From NCBI GenBank assembly GCA_040954595.2, contig CM082580.2, positions 2,966,783 through 3,030,782 on the forward strand: 64,000 nt of DNA, written 5' to 3'. Positions 12,801 through 25,627 of the stretch are shown piece by piece (within the stretch, counting starts at the first letter, position 1; each line of letters begins with the position of its first letter). The position numbers and the translations under genes were made by a program. The notes under the pieces are model-generated. The model was given only the letters and a program-made list of their open reading frames with translations. It was not told where the DNA came from and did no database searches. Source of the DNA: Balanoglossus misakiensis. Its lineage: Eukaryota > Animalia > Hemichordata.

Positions 12801-15800
12801 CTTTGTTTAAAACAGGATTCCTATAACGATTTTGGCTTCTTTATTTTACAGAGAAGAGATTGAATGTGGAAGAGAGAAAAGTGGTGGGGCTGCTGTCAAA
12901 GTTGAGGAAGATGATGATGACGAGAAAGAAGAAGGAGAGCTGGAAGATGGAGAAATATTGGACTCTGGAGAAGAGGGTAGCAATGAATCTCTAGAAGAGA
13001 TAGACGACACACAAAGTCTTGGGGGAAAGAAAGACAGTGATAGAGATGAAACTAAGGATGTGGAAGATGGAGATGATGAGGAGCATGAGGAGGAGGATGC
13101 AAGAAAAGAGACTGAAGGAAGAAGTCACAGAGAAGAGAAACACAAACGAAGGAAGAAGAGGAAGCGGGAGAGAGGAAGGGAAAGAGATCGAGACAGACGC
13201 AAAAGAAAGAAAAGAAAAAGACACCGGTCTGAGGTAAGATAAATGCTGTGTGACCCGGATTTTGTGATTTCCTGATATATATATATATACAAAGATAATG
13301 CTTAGTTTTCTGATAATTCATTGACGGTGGTGTTCACCCCATGACTGTCCAGTATTTGCATAATACTGTACATATTTGCATAATGTGAACCTTGACCAGG
13401 TGTACGGCGCCCCCATGAAGCAAAGAGGTACGCCCGTTCTCTTTGCTGACTTGGCGGCGTTGAGTAGGTTGGTAACCTTTTCTCGCTCTTTTAAATCGCT
13501 CATGAAAACGTTAAATCACTGACATCCACCTCTATTATTGAGATATAATGATGTGTTAGTGTGTCAAGAACAATCATCTGTAATATTTTGGAAGAATGTT
13601 CAGTGATTTTGTGAGTTTTTTGAGCTTTTATTCAGAGTTGATACCCAACGACAACAACATTATATTACCAAGCCTACAGAGGGGCTCACAGCTGTAATGT
13701 CTCCAAATCCAGAAATTGAAATAATAGCAGATTTATTGATGTGTTCAACAAAGTTTAACTTGTAAGGCTGTGATGTGTGAATGTATGGTGACTTGATACA
13801 AACCTGTTATAAGTTTAGTTGTGCAACTGTGTTGACTCACAAATGACATGTTGCAGGTTGAATTGACAAGAAGTATCTTTCATGGACAGAATTTGTGGGT
13901 AGGATAGTTGTGAAAGATAATGAGTTTCTGTCTAAGGAAACTAATCATAATATTATATCAAATATTATATTATATTATATAAATAATGTCAAGTGTTATT
14001 TTGTTTTCACAGACACCATCAAGAAGTCCTTCATTCTCTGACTACAGTGACTCATTTGATGAATGCGAAGTCAAGGAAAGACTTCCCGATAGGAGTCAGA
14101 GCCGGGGCCATGATGGACCACCTCCTCCAAACTTCCCCATGTTTCCAGGACCAGGATTTGGGAGGGGTTTACCACCCAGGGAAATGATGCCATACAATGA
14201 GTCGTGTGAAGATGAAGAGATGGACCACAGTGGGGAGCCTCACTGGCAACAAAGACCACCGGTAAAGTCACACTCTCAGAGATTGTAGAGTAATTCCCAG
14301 CAGTACCTTAACCCCAATACCTGTTTAGAGTGTCAAGTCCCTTAAAATACGTATTTGCCACTTTTTCTTCTAAAACGTATTTTGACTGTCTTGACATGGC
14401 TCTTATACATACTTAGACCCCCCCCCCCCCCCCCCCCCCCGAAGAATGTACCAAATCACACTGGTTTGCACCGTATTGGTTTGAGGGTTTTGTATAGGCC
14501 CTACTGGTTAACACGCACTTGGCAGTCGAACGGGCATGTTAGCCAGGATTCTAGTCACCCTGGAAATCAAACCAGTTTCAACTGACTTGGCAGCATTAGG
14601 GTTTGAGCGTTTTCACCTAAACACGTGTTGTTGGTGACTAGAACTGCAGTAAGAATATGAAGCTGTCCCCTCAAATCTACATAAGGGACCTGGTATTGGC
14701 ATACATGTAACTGTGCCATTTGTGCTTTGCTTTATTGACCATGCTATCCTTTTTTGACTTCTGCAGCCATTTATGCGAGGAAGGGGCAGAGGAAGAGGTA
14801 TGCGTGGTGGTCGAGGGAGAGGACGAGGAGGTCCTATGCAGAGACAAGATAGAAGACCAGTCAGCCAAGTACCTTGTAAATTTTTCCTTGAAGGAAAGTG
14901 TGCTAAGGTAATAACATCAACCCCTTTGTAGCTCTAAATTGACCTTGTTTCTCTGTTACAAAGCTAATCTTCGAATGATGGTTACAATTACCTGCCTGCC
15001 CATATAGAAAGCAAAATGTCAGTGGGAGCCAGGTTTATGCATAGTGTATCTCTGATGAGCGCATATGTATTGTTGAACGAACAAATTACACATCAGTAGT
15101 GCTAAACTAACAAAAATGGGCACGCAAAAATTCCTTTTGTGCCTGATGAATTTTTATGCAGTAAATCCAGACTCTCAGGCCAAGTTTTTCCTTTGCATGC
15201 TGGCTTCCATCAGCAGCTTCTATTCAGCCATTCTTGAATAGTGCCCAGGCAGTGAGGTGCCCAAGAAGATATTATTACAATACTTTCCCAGGATATTTAT
15301 CTGTGTTCTAAAACGTTCAAATGACAAAAAAACAAATTACATGGTTGATGCACACCTAGAAAATCCTGGAATTTTGAAACTTTCCTAGAAAACCTGTGCA
15401 AGTTCTTGAAAAATGAAATGGATTCCTGGAAAACTCTTAAATCAATAAATGTCAACAACTGTGAGAATGTTTTGACACAAGCCTTGTTTTTTTTATACCT
15501 TTAGCAAATGCTGTTTTTAACGACAAGTACTTTATTGTATTCATTGAAATCTCTGGGCAAAATCATCCAAAGTCCAGACACTTCCAGTAATTAACACATA
15601 GTCTTTATTGATTGTTTTCAGGGTGGAGATTGTCCTTTTAATCATGATGTGATGCCACATAAGAAACAGGAACTGTGTAAATTTTATCTGAATGGAAATT
15701 GTGCCAAAGGAGACCAGTGTCTTTTCATTCATGATATCCTTTTTTTGCCACAATGTTTATTCATAGTAATTCCTTTTGTTCTGTTCTCTTCTGTTCCGGT

Positions 15801-18800
15801 GTTGTTTATGCCTTAAAACAGTGTTCACATGTGAAAGGCAAAATAACCTGGCAGTCACAATTCGCACTGCCAACTAAAAGGCTAATTTTATGTGGCTATT
15901 TTTATCTAGATTTTAAAAATGCTTTGTATTCATCTAGTTAAATAACATTTTCCTTAATGGTGACCACGTCTATACCCCTGTAAGTTTTATCACACCGGAG
16001 TGGAGTGTTACCAAGGTGATCATTGTAAATTTTCCCATGAACCTTTGACTGATGAAACGAGACCGCTTTTAGAGAAGGTGAGAATCTTCGACTCTTTTGA
16101 ATTTCTAGATAATTGAAGTTTGAATTCATAAAGTTTGTATTGTGTACATGTAGTAATGATATCATTCAGCACTTTTCTATGACATATATTGCTATTGCCT
16201 TGTGCATGATTAGTCTGGATGCAACATGTTAAAATATGTTACATGTTGTGTTGACAGGTGTTGAATCAAGCAAGAGAACCAATTATGATGCCTGAAGAGC
16301 CTATGGATGGAATGCCACGCCCACCATTGCTACCAACACCTACAATGTCACCACCTGCAGGGAGTAGAGATCACTCAAACATACCATCTTTATTCGAAAT
16401 CAAAGTTGCACCCGTTGGTGAGCAAGGCATGAAAATCTTGCAGAAACAGAAGTAAGTTCCATTTCCCAGTTTGCACTTCGAACACGAAACATAGCCAAGT
16501 AATCTGCCACTCAAGGGATTTGTATTACTAGCACCGTTTCCCTTCATATTTGTTTCCATTATGTCTTTACTCATTCTGATGCAATACTTTATGTTTACAC
16601 CAAAGTTTGGTATGGTTTGTCTAATTAATTTGCAGATTTGAAATAGAGATTTCACACGATTACTTTGCATTATTTTCACTCCTTTAAGCACTGATAGCTG
16701 ATTCTACAAGGATGAATGGCAAAACAAGGATGGGGAAAATTTAGAAAAGGGATTTGTATTTGATTTTGGGTGAAGGAACTTGATTTGCATCAGTAGAATT
16801 TGAAGTAAACGTTGTCACCTCTATCTCTCCAGGTTCCAGTTCTACAGTGCCAAAGATTCTACAGAAGAAGGCAGTGTAGAATCTGAAGGTCCAAATCTAA
16901 CAGAAGAAGAAACAGAAAGACCTAATAAGCCATTGATGCCATTCCCGCCAGGAATGCCACCAACAAACAATCCTCCGGGTAACTTCCAACAAATGAGTCA
17001 TCCAGCCAGGCCTGCGGCTAATTTCTATGACAACTTTTATTCTAACCAACCTCCAGTACAGCATCCTCCAATTAATCAAGGTAAGGTGTGTGTGTGTCTG
17101 TGTGTGTACCCGGGGGTATGTGCGTGGGTTTTTTTCACATTTGTGTTTTCTGTCTTTCATTCTACCATCATGTTTCTCTGTGAACTGTACATACCAAAGG
17201 CGTGTTTCAAACTTGAGTCTATGACAACTAAATTTATAAACTGATTTTCTCTGTCTGTTATAATGTCAGATGCATTTCTAAGTCTTATCCATGCCTAAAC
17301 CCAGACATTTCTCATATCACATTATTTTTCAATAAATAAATGTGAGTATATGCACTTGTGTTCCTGATATGTTTCATGATGATCATTGTAAAATTACTTC
17401 CTTCTTATAGTGGTTGCTTTTGCCTTGTATGTATAAATCATGATGATATAAATTCGTGAAATTATCTAATGTACCGTAGTTTGCCGGGTAAGAGCCCCGG
17501 GTGCTGGGCCAACAGATTAGCGAAAAAACAGGGGGGGGCTTTAGCCCGGATATGGCCTCGAGATTTATGCAAATGAGGGATGGCCACCTCGACTTTTATG
17601 CAAATTTTTGAGTGGTTCATTCTCCGAGTCCAAGTCGGGATCTTCCAATGTTGGGTGTTTCGCGTCGAGGACGGACTGAAGCAGCTCCACGCGGCCGCTT
17701 TGGAAAGCTCCCCGGTGACCTCACACGCGGCAGCGCGTCCATCTACGTGATCGTTGAATTCGAGGCACGGTCCCGAGGGACCTGTCTGAGGTCATGTTTT
17801 CTAGAGCGGCTATATATAACTCAGCGTGGCCAGTCGGCCGCGGTGGGTACGATAATCAGCGCGAAAGTAAATCATCATACATTTTTTTTTCACTTTTAGT
17901 GACTTTGGGGATGAAAATCCGCCTTTTTTGCATTGCACTTTATTAAATTTCCAAGAATTTAATGGATATTCGGCCGGGGGGGGGGGGGGGGGGCTTTAGA
18001 CCGGATATGGCCTCGATCTACAAATGGGCCCTAAAACCAGGGGGGGGGGCGTTTGTCCGAGCAGGGGCTCTTACCCGGCAAACTACGGTAACATAATAGA
18101 ATTGTAACAGCTGCCTTGGTATGTGTGACCAATCCTTTGAGGGTTGGAAATGTGGCCAAGTGGTTTTGTTTGTGATCCATTGGCTGAAGGGTGATGTCAG
18201 AATTATTGGTTTTGAGTACGCTCAGCTCTTCCTTTCTACATGTTTATCTCCATGTCTTCTTTTTCTCCACATTTTCCATAGATTCAGCCGAAAGTGCAGA
18301 TGACAGTCAGAAGACAATGAAAGTTGAAGAAGATAGAGATAGAGATAGTGATTCTGCAGCTAGCAGTACTGCCACAAATGACAGTGAGAACAGAAACGCA
18401 TCTTCGCAACCACCAAAAGTTCCCATGTTTCTCGCACCAAAACAAAGAGAACTCTTCCTTAGAATTCAACAGAAGCAACATGAAGGTGGATCAACACCGA
18501 CCGATGAAGAACAGAAGAACACAGATCATGATGCTGGTAAGATGTAGTTTTAGACATACGTTTGTCTTGTGCACCTGTTGGGCTGAGTATTACAGATAAG
18601 ACTCCTTTGTATCAGTTTAAAATGTTAACTATTTGAACCCAGCTTGAAAGAAAACTTCTGAGAGATGTCATTGGTCACAAAGGGGTCAAAATGCAAGGGC
18701 AGTGGTATTCCTAATAAAGGGCAGTACCAAGGTACATGTAGATGTACTCAGGTAAATTTCATTTTGCCAGAGTTCTCTGTGGTATATCAATGGGGTCATG

Positions 18801-20617
18801 TAAATGGATACTAGTAGAAGTGTTACCAGGGTTGCTAGAATGTCCACGTACTGAACAAGCGTTCCATACAGCGATTTAAGCGCACACAAAATTCTATTGT
18901 TCTCTGTGCCAGGTGTATAATAATAGTGTTTGTACTATTGACAGGTGGAGAGGATGATAATTGGTATTCCAGTGATGAAGATGAATCCAGTACTCCATCC
19001 AGTAGTGTTCCAGCCAACAGATCAGCAACCTCACAACCACTGACAGCCATTCTACAAACAATTCGACAACAAGTGTCACAATCACAGGGTTCAAACACTG
19101 CTGCGGCACAAATGAACATTCTGGGACAGATCTTGCAGAGTTCACAGAGTGGTGGCGGTGGCGGTAATGTTGCCACGGAGACACCTGCAGCGCCGACGCC
19201 CCCCAGGAGCGATCCACGCCTGCTGAGACAAGATCCCAGGTTGACCAGGATGCATTCCGGAGTTCCATTGCCATCAGCTAATCCGAGTGATCAACGACAG
19301 ATAAATAACACTGGAGACAACCCAAGTCAGCCTGGCTCTTCTGATCCGAGATTGACTATGCCAGTGGACAAAACCCGAGTGCAAGATCTTCAGTCGCCAG
19401 ATATTCAGCATACAATACCATTAGACCCTGTAACTAGTCGATTACCAGTTGTGAGTGATTTGAAAGTAGACACTGATGACACGTCAAAGCCTCATCCATC
19501 TGATCCAAGACTACAGAGGCCTCCAAAACCGTCAGAAAAGCCTGAGTTAATTAAACTTGTCTGGAAAGACACAGAGGAAAGTTTCCAAGTTGAAAAGAGA
19601 AAGATGAATGCCCCTCCAACTCCTCAAGCACTTCAGCAGAGACCATCAGATCCTAGGATAAAGAGGCAACCTTCAGAAAGACCAGTTGATCCTAGACTAG
19701 CCAATAAAAAGGCGACACAACAAGACACCAGACTTCCAGCTGTCCTGGACCCAAGAATGAAAACAGCAGATCCTCCGAGACAACTCCCACAAATTGAAGA
19801 AAGCCAGGCAGAAAAACGACCAGATCCACGGCTGCAGAGAAGTCTCAGTCAGGATCCACGACTTTCAAAACCCCAGCCAATACCACCGACACAGCAAATC
19901 ACTACCCCAGAGGCAAACCTAGTGCCATTGTATACTCCCAGGTCAACTGATCCCCGAGCAGTGCAACGCTCCATCTCAGAACCACCCAAGGCCATCATAG
20001 AAAGCAAACCCTTGAAACAGCAGACAATGCCAAGCAAACTCTCAAAGTACTCGATTCCAAAATTACCAAAAGGTGATCCAAGAACCCAGACTCCCATTGA
20101 CACAAGGGTCCCTCATGGAATGGGTCCACGATCACACATAGAGTCGCAAAACTCACCCAAACTGGATGAGGAGACAAACACTGTAACCAGTCAGCCTGTC
20201 AGTGCGTATCATAGACTGCCACAAGTAAGTTCTTACAGTCAGGCTCAGGGCGTTCGGATAAAAGCTAGGACAAAAAGGTTTGCTTCGGGTGCGGGAATTG
20301 ATCAGAGAAGTGGAAGCCAGTTTGGGCCTGGCAGCCCGAACAAATCAATCCCTGCCCAGCCACATCCCTATGCCCCAGAAATCCCCCACCAACCTCCCGC
20401 ACATAGACAACCCTCAAATCAAGATCCAAGGAGTAGAAGTACATTGGCAGTTGGAAGTCCAGGTGAAACACACCCATCCGGAATTCAACAACAACAACAG
20501 CATTTACATCAATCCAGTAGCAGTCCTAGCCAACATGATCCTTCTGTGGATCCTCAAAATGCTACTTTAAAAGCAGTCTTCAAAACTATTGACCCAACAG
20601 CATCTCCGTTCTGCTAG
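6817..20617 (+). CDS. ZC3H4: CCCH zinc-finger protein of the ZC3H4/ZC3H6 (Su(s), Restrictor) family, about 1149 aa, 10 coding exons
   Basis: Exons 6817-6902, 12852-13233, 14013-14261, 14767-14907, 15622-15733, 15968-16077, 16258-16451, 16833-17080, 18282-18536, 18945-20617 (3450 nt, in frame). Motifs: [12 protein letters not shown]-rich block, RG-rich tract, three CCCH fingers ([58 protein letters not shown]), WYSSDEDE, 12 DPR motifs, C-terminal [16 protein letters not shown]. Probably co-orthologous to vertebrate ZC3H4 and ZC3H6. Confidence 0.92.
12189..12519. mobile_element. Palindromic MITE with TTAA TSD (Kolobok-like termini AGGGACAAA...TTTGTCCCT)
   Basis: Long TIRs, TTAA at 12185-12188 and 12520-12523. 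Second copy at 25288-25627. Confidence 0.8.
14311..14601. mobile_element. piggyBac-like non-autonomous element; related inverted end at about 3642-3700
   Basis: TTAACCCC start and TAGGGTTTGA end. CACCCTGGAAATCAAACCAGTTTCAACTGACTTG is the reverse complement of about 3657-3690, which follows TTAACCCTAA. Confidence 0.5.
15734..15967 (+). other. U12-type (minor spliceosome) AT-AC intron in ZC3H4/6
   Basis: 5' end ATATCCTTT at 15734, branch site TTTCCTTAAT at about 15949-15958, terminal CAC at 15965-15967. Splicing restores ...[14 protein letters not shown] in frame between fingers 2 and 3. Confidence 0.92.
17474..18088. mobile_element. TA-TSD MITE (Tc1/mariner/pogo-like termini)
   Basis: TA-CCGTAGTTTGCCGGGTAAGAGCCCC...GGGGCTCTTACCCGGCAAACTACGG-TA perfect TIR. 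Internal repeats GGGGGCTTTAG..CCGGATATGGCCTCGA. Confidence 0.85.
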
Positions 20618-23600
20618 ATCGGAGCTACTCTAACTTAATTTCACAGATCATGGACAAATTATTATATAATAGAATTATCACTATTTGGTGTATACATACA
20701 ATCACGAGAATTTTCCTTAAATTAACGTGTTTTGCTTTAGCTCTGTAAATTGCAACCATAAATTGCTGTTCATATGTGTGAGTTTATGACAATGGATTTA
20801 GTTTGAAGTTCTTTTCAGCTATCAAGCCCTTATGGGTTGGTCCATTCCTGCGGTAGACTTATTCCTGATCCATCCATCCATCAAGTATGTCGTAATTGCA
20901 TTAACCTTTGACCCATAACTGTATCACTACCAAGCATACGTTCAACTTTCTGCATTTAGTGCGTGTTTTCCTATAATACTGCGATTGTGTAATACCAACA
21001 GATTTAGATATTTTGTGGTCCTAGTATGTTACTGTCTGTCTAGAGCTTTGAAATGAAAAGATGGTAGTCGAAACATACAATAATTGATAATGGTTTAGAG
21101 TGTTCAAGTACGCCATTTTTTTTTCTGTTCAAAAACGTGTGAATATATGATTAAAGCTGAGAATGTTTTATGTGATTTCAGATGTTTACAGTGAAGCTGT
21201 TTTGTTTATGGTCCAAGCATGTGTTTGATTGATTCATTGCAAAAGTCTACTAAAGTTGCAAATCATGTTTTTGAGCTGTGATGTAACTTTATCTTGTATC
21301 TGTTTGATGGTTTCATCATTGCATATTAAGTTTCAATTTCGCAGTTTAAGGAGTATGTTATTACACTGTTGTTTTGTACACTTGTTCAAGTGTTGCGATT
21401 GCTGTAACAGTAACATTTCCAGTAACTAGGGAAACCTAAATGGGCATCTGCAAAAAAGGCCTTGAAAGTCAACTTTCAGATTTTGAATGCAATTTCAATT
21501 GGGAACTTTACAGTCTTTCAGTGTTCTGTTGGTCCAGTGGGGACCAGGACATTGACAATGACTTGTGTGAGACTGGTGGTTTAAAGTCAGGCCAGAAGAG
21601 TGATTTGACAATGACAGTAATAACAATAGATTATCAGGTGAAACAAAGAAATTAAAAACTTGGAATAGAGTTGTTTACCAGCTTGAAATAGTCCCCTCTA
21701 ATTCTTCATTTTTTCATCACATGATGTGATTGTGAGGCGAACTTATGACTTGTGTTCATTTCATAAAGAACAACACATTCATGTAATGTATATAAATAAG
21801 TGTGCTGACTGTGTGTGCAAAGATATGTATCATAGCTATGGCATAGTTTGTGAATGCACATCTGTGTTATGTTATAATACTGATTCTATATTGGTTGCCT
21901 AACTAACCAATGATTAGTCTTGTTTTATGATGCTACATACTTGGGATCAAATTAAAGATTGCATTGTTGGTAAATGCCCCCCCCCCCCCCCCCCTCTGAC
22001 CCCTCATAATCTATGACATCATTCAGAAGTTTTCTTGAACAGACCCACATTTTGTGGTTTAGTGTTTTTTTGTTTTTGTTTTGCTTTTCAGGTTCTCACT
22101 TTCTGATCAATTTGGAGCACGGTCTCCTGTTCTCTATTTTTGTATTTTCTGTGCTGTATAATCAATCACTTTTAATGGATGTGTTGTAAAACAGTCATTT
22201 CCTGAAAACAAACCACTGACAGTTGAAGGTTTTTCATGGGTTTTCTATGAAGTACTCTCTGCTGTGAAGTTCTCAACTACAAAAATAAACAAAAGAACAA
22301 ATTGTAATCCTTGCAAACATATTGTGTGATCCAGTACAATTGGTTTCAATTATGTGATTGATCTTATGATGATTACAGCTAATTATTGGAAGAGTGGTCC
22401 CGTGATGTGGTTGCCTGTATCAAGGATGTATGAAGAAGTTTAAAGAATTAGGCAGAATTATGAGAGAAAAAATTCAGAGAATTTCTGAAAGCAGCCATTG
22501 ATTGATTAAGTGTGATTGTGTGGGAGGGAAGCTGCTTGGTGCTCATATCACTGCCAATAGGAATGAGAAGGAACACGAGACGAAGGACTTACAGATAAAT
22601 TTACCAAAATGCAAAAACACACCCTATGTGATCCATGAGTTCTTGATCATGTCATGGTTTAGATCAAGTCTGATTTCAATGTTATCACTTTCGTGATGCA
22701 ATCATCAATTCTTGAAGGTCTGCCAACAAAGTCTCAGCAGTCTGTAAGGTATTTGGTGATGAGTGTTAAATTTGACTTGAAATCAGTTCCTTCACTCATT
22801 CACATTTCAAATTTATTCACACAACCCATCTTTTTTTCATCTCACAGAAATGCGTGTTTTGAGTGCCATTGCACTGAAAATGTTAAATTATTTCAGACTT
22901 GCATATAAATTGGTTAAAAATTCTTCTGCTTTACATTTGTTATATTTAAATATTAAAAGTGATATTTTCCAGTAAAGTCAAGATTAAAATTGACATAGTG
23001 TATCTTCGACAGTGTTTTTTATACATGTATAATTATTTTGCTTCCTCATGCAGAAGTTATTTTCTTTTCAGCCAAGATATTAGAAAGTTGATCAAAATTT
23101 ACATTTCTGTCATTCTGACCACTAAATGTAAATACATTTTGTTGTAGTGAACTATAGCGATGATGTTTCAGTTCCACTTTCTCTGTAAATACAGTTTGTT
23201 ATATTAATGGCAGCAGTAATAAATGTGCCAACAACATGCAAGACATTTTTGACTGTGTTTTTATTTATCACAAAAGTGTGTCAACCATGTCATGAATGAG
23301 ACAGTAGTCTTACAAAGCGAGTCTTCAGACTAACATGTTCTGGTGATGCAGCTCACAAAGGTTAGCAACTGTGAGTAATCAGTGATGTATGAATTCATGT
23401 GTATCATTCATGCTTTCTTTAATGGTGTGCTTGCTGAATTTGTTTGTAGGCACTGTCAAATATTTAAAACACGTCACTGCATACACATCTCCACTGTCTG
23501 TTTATGGACACTGTGTTTTAATCTTTCAGATATTCCTTATATAGCCCACAGCCCAAATAAAATATTACATGTACTGAAATCTAATAAATGACTCTTATCA

Positions 23601-23912
23601 CAAATTCACAGAAAAGACATTTTTTATTTTTTCATGAGTTATGCTATGAACAAAATAATATGGTGACAAAGGTACTTATGAACTTAAACATTTTAATAAA
23701 CTACAACTTTAATATAATTTAAACTGAAATATAATGTTTGTTTGATTATGATAAATGATAAGAATTATTCAACACTTGCATGGAATGCAATAAAAAAACC
23801 CACTACCATCTGTTCTGCAAATTTCTAATAGACATGACCATCTTCTATTTCTCCTATTTTCAATATGAATTGCACTGTCAGTAATCCAGTGATTTGTTAA
23901 CCATAGTAACTA

Positions 23913-24106
23913 CTGTAAAACACTTTATTTTCGCGAGCAATAAATTTTCGGAAAATACGCGAGAGCCAAAATAACGTGAAAATAAAAAGTTGCATAATTT
24001 TTTTTTGAAGACAACGATGCAGTGAATGAAATAAGAGAACGCGAAAAATTAATACTCGCGAAACAGTGACCTCTCTCTATATCGCGAAAATAAAAGTGTT
24101 TTACAG
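23913..24106. mobile_element. TA-TSD MITE; related fragments at about 8852-8895 and 24551-24720
   Basis: TA-CTGTAAAACACTTTATTTTCGCGA...TCGCGAAAATAAAAGTGTTTTACAG-TA. Confidence 0.8.
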
Positions 24107-24257
24107 TATGCTTTCACGATGTACATGACACTTCCTATCCAAATGAATGATATGCGTGTAGCGATCTTGCTATGGTCATCAGTAGCGGCAGAGTGTAGAC
24201 TGACCCAGCTGTGGTATTTACACCAATGGGTGTGAGTGTAACCCACTGCATGTTAAA

Positions 24258-24522
24258 GGGCAAGTTCAGTCCAGCTGATTTCTACATACTTTGGTAGCTT
24301 TGAGGTCACTTTTTCAGAAGAAAAAACAATATGCCCAGCCTGGCATGCAGTGACACCAATTGGAAAATGGCATCGCCCACACCAATTTGGGAGGAAGTTA
24401 GAACCGGCGCCTTTATCCCATGATTGCACAACTTTTACATAGCTAAAATGTTGTTGTTTTTCTGAAAAAGTGACCTCAGAGCTACCAAATTATGTAGAAA
24501 TCAGCTGGACTAAACTTCCCAT
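24258..24522. mobile_element. TTAA-TSD MITE, family of 53269-53877
   Basis: TIR AGTCCAGCTGATTTCTACATA..TTGGTAGCT..GAGGTCACTTTTTCAGAA and its reverse complement; TTAA flanks. Confidence 0.75.
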
Positions 24523-25287
24523 TTAAGATACTGCTGACCACAAATTTAAACTGGGAAATTTTTGCGATATCAAAACTGTTATGCAACGATTAATTTTCGC
24601 GTTCTCATATTTTACTACAGTGTTTTCTAAAAAAAAAAACATTTTACGCAACATTTTATTTTCACGTTTTGGCTCTTGCAAAGTTTGCGAAAATTTAATG
24701 TTCGCAAAAATTTCCCAGTATTATTATGTGCAATGCCTGTGAAAGCTCAGGGAAAAGTTCTGATGATTAAACCATACAGTGTTTTCTGGATTGTTTTACA
24801 TGGAATGTTGCATGCATTCTCACATGACAGCTGGAACTGGCCATGTTAGGTGGTGGTGATGCTCTTTTAAACTCACTTTAATGAGCAACAATTTCTACCA
24901 AACACAAATAATCCAAATAATCTATAAGATGGTTATTCTAGTCTATAAAACAACTGTAATACCTATGCTAGATGTCTAGTTAAGAAAACAAAGAGTTTCT
25001 AACTTATCATGAGGTATTTCTTTTTCAACAAAAAAAAACTTTACCTAATTCTCACAGTTGAGGTTGTATTCCTTCTATTTCCTTTGTACAAATATTTTTT
25101 AAAATAATTACTCTAAAAGATATACTTAAATCCATAGGCAGATTGAAAGAAAACCAAGAATGTAAATGAGCTCACAAGGGCAGCTTCCAGGGGACTTTTT
25201 GGGACGTTGACAATTGACCCTTTCCCCTTTTAGGTCTCTATATTTGACACACATGTCATACTCATTTGCTGTATAATGGTATTTTAA

Positions 25288-25627
25288 AGGGACAAACTCT
25301 CTTTTGCTTTTCCATTAATTATGTTTGATACAAGACACTGTTTTATATTATTCTTCATGTGGCTATATAGTGAATCAACGTTCGACCACACACAACTTCC
25401 ATCCCACTTATAGACATGAGAGTGAAAAAACTCGCCAAAATGAATAATCGTCTCCACCTTTTATTCATTTTGGCGAGATTTTTACTCTCATATCTTACAA
25501 ACGGGATGGAAGTTGTGTGTGGTTGAACGTTGATTCACTATATATCCACATGTAGAATAACATAAATGGTGTCTTGTATCAAAAATAAATAATAGAAAAA
25601 GGGCAGCGAGAGAGAGACTTTGTCCCT
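25288..25627. mobile_element. Palindromic MITE with TTAA TSD, same family as 12189-12519
   Basis: TTAA-AGGGACAAA...TTTGTCCCT-TTAA; nearly the whole element is an inverted repeat. Confidence 0.8.

Noticed and set aside
12991-13321. Overlapping ORFs around ZC3H4/6 exon 2
   Set aside because: Low-complexity purine-rich sequence keeps alternative frames open.
14417-14440. Poly-C/poly-G runs (also about 17976, 21977, 32334) as G-quadruplex regulators
   Set aside because: Homopolymers, often inside repeats; lengths are unreliable and no functional evidence is visible.
17612-17899. 95-aa ORF as a transposase or an extra ZC3H4/6 exon
   Set aside because: It lies inside a MITE, has no recognisable domain, and the flanking exons already join in frame.
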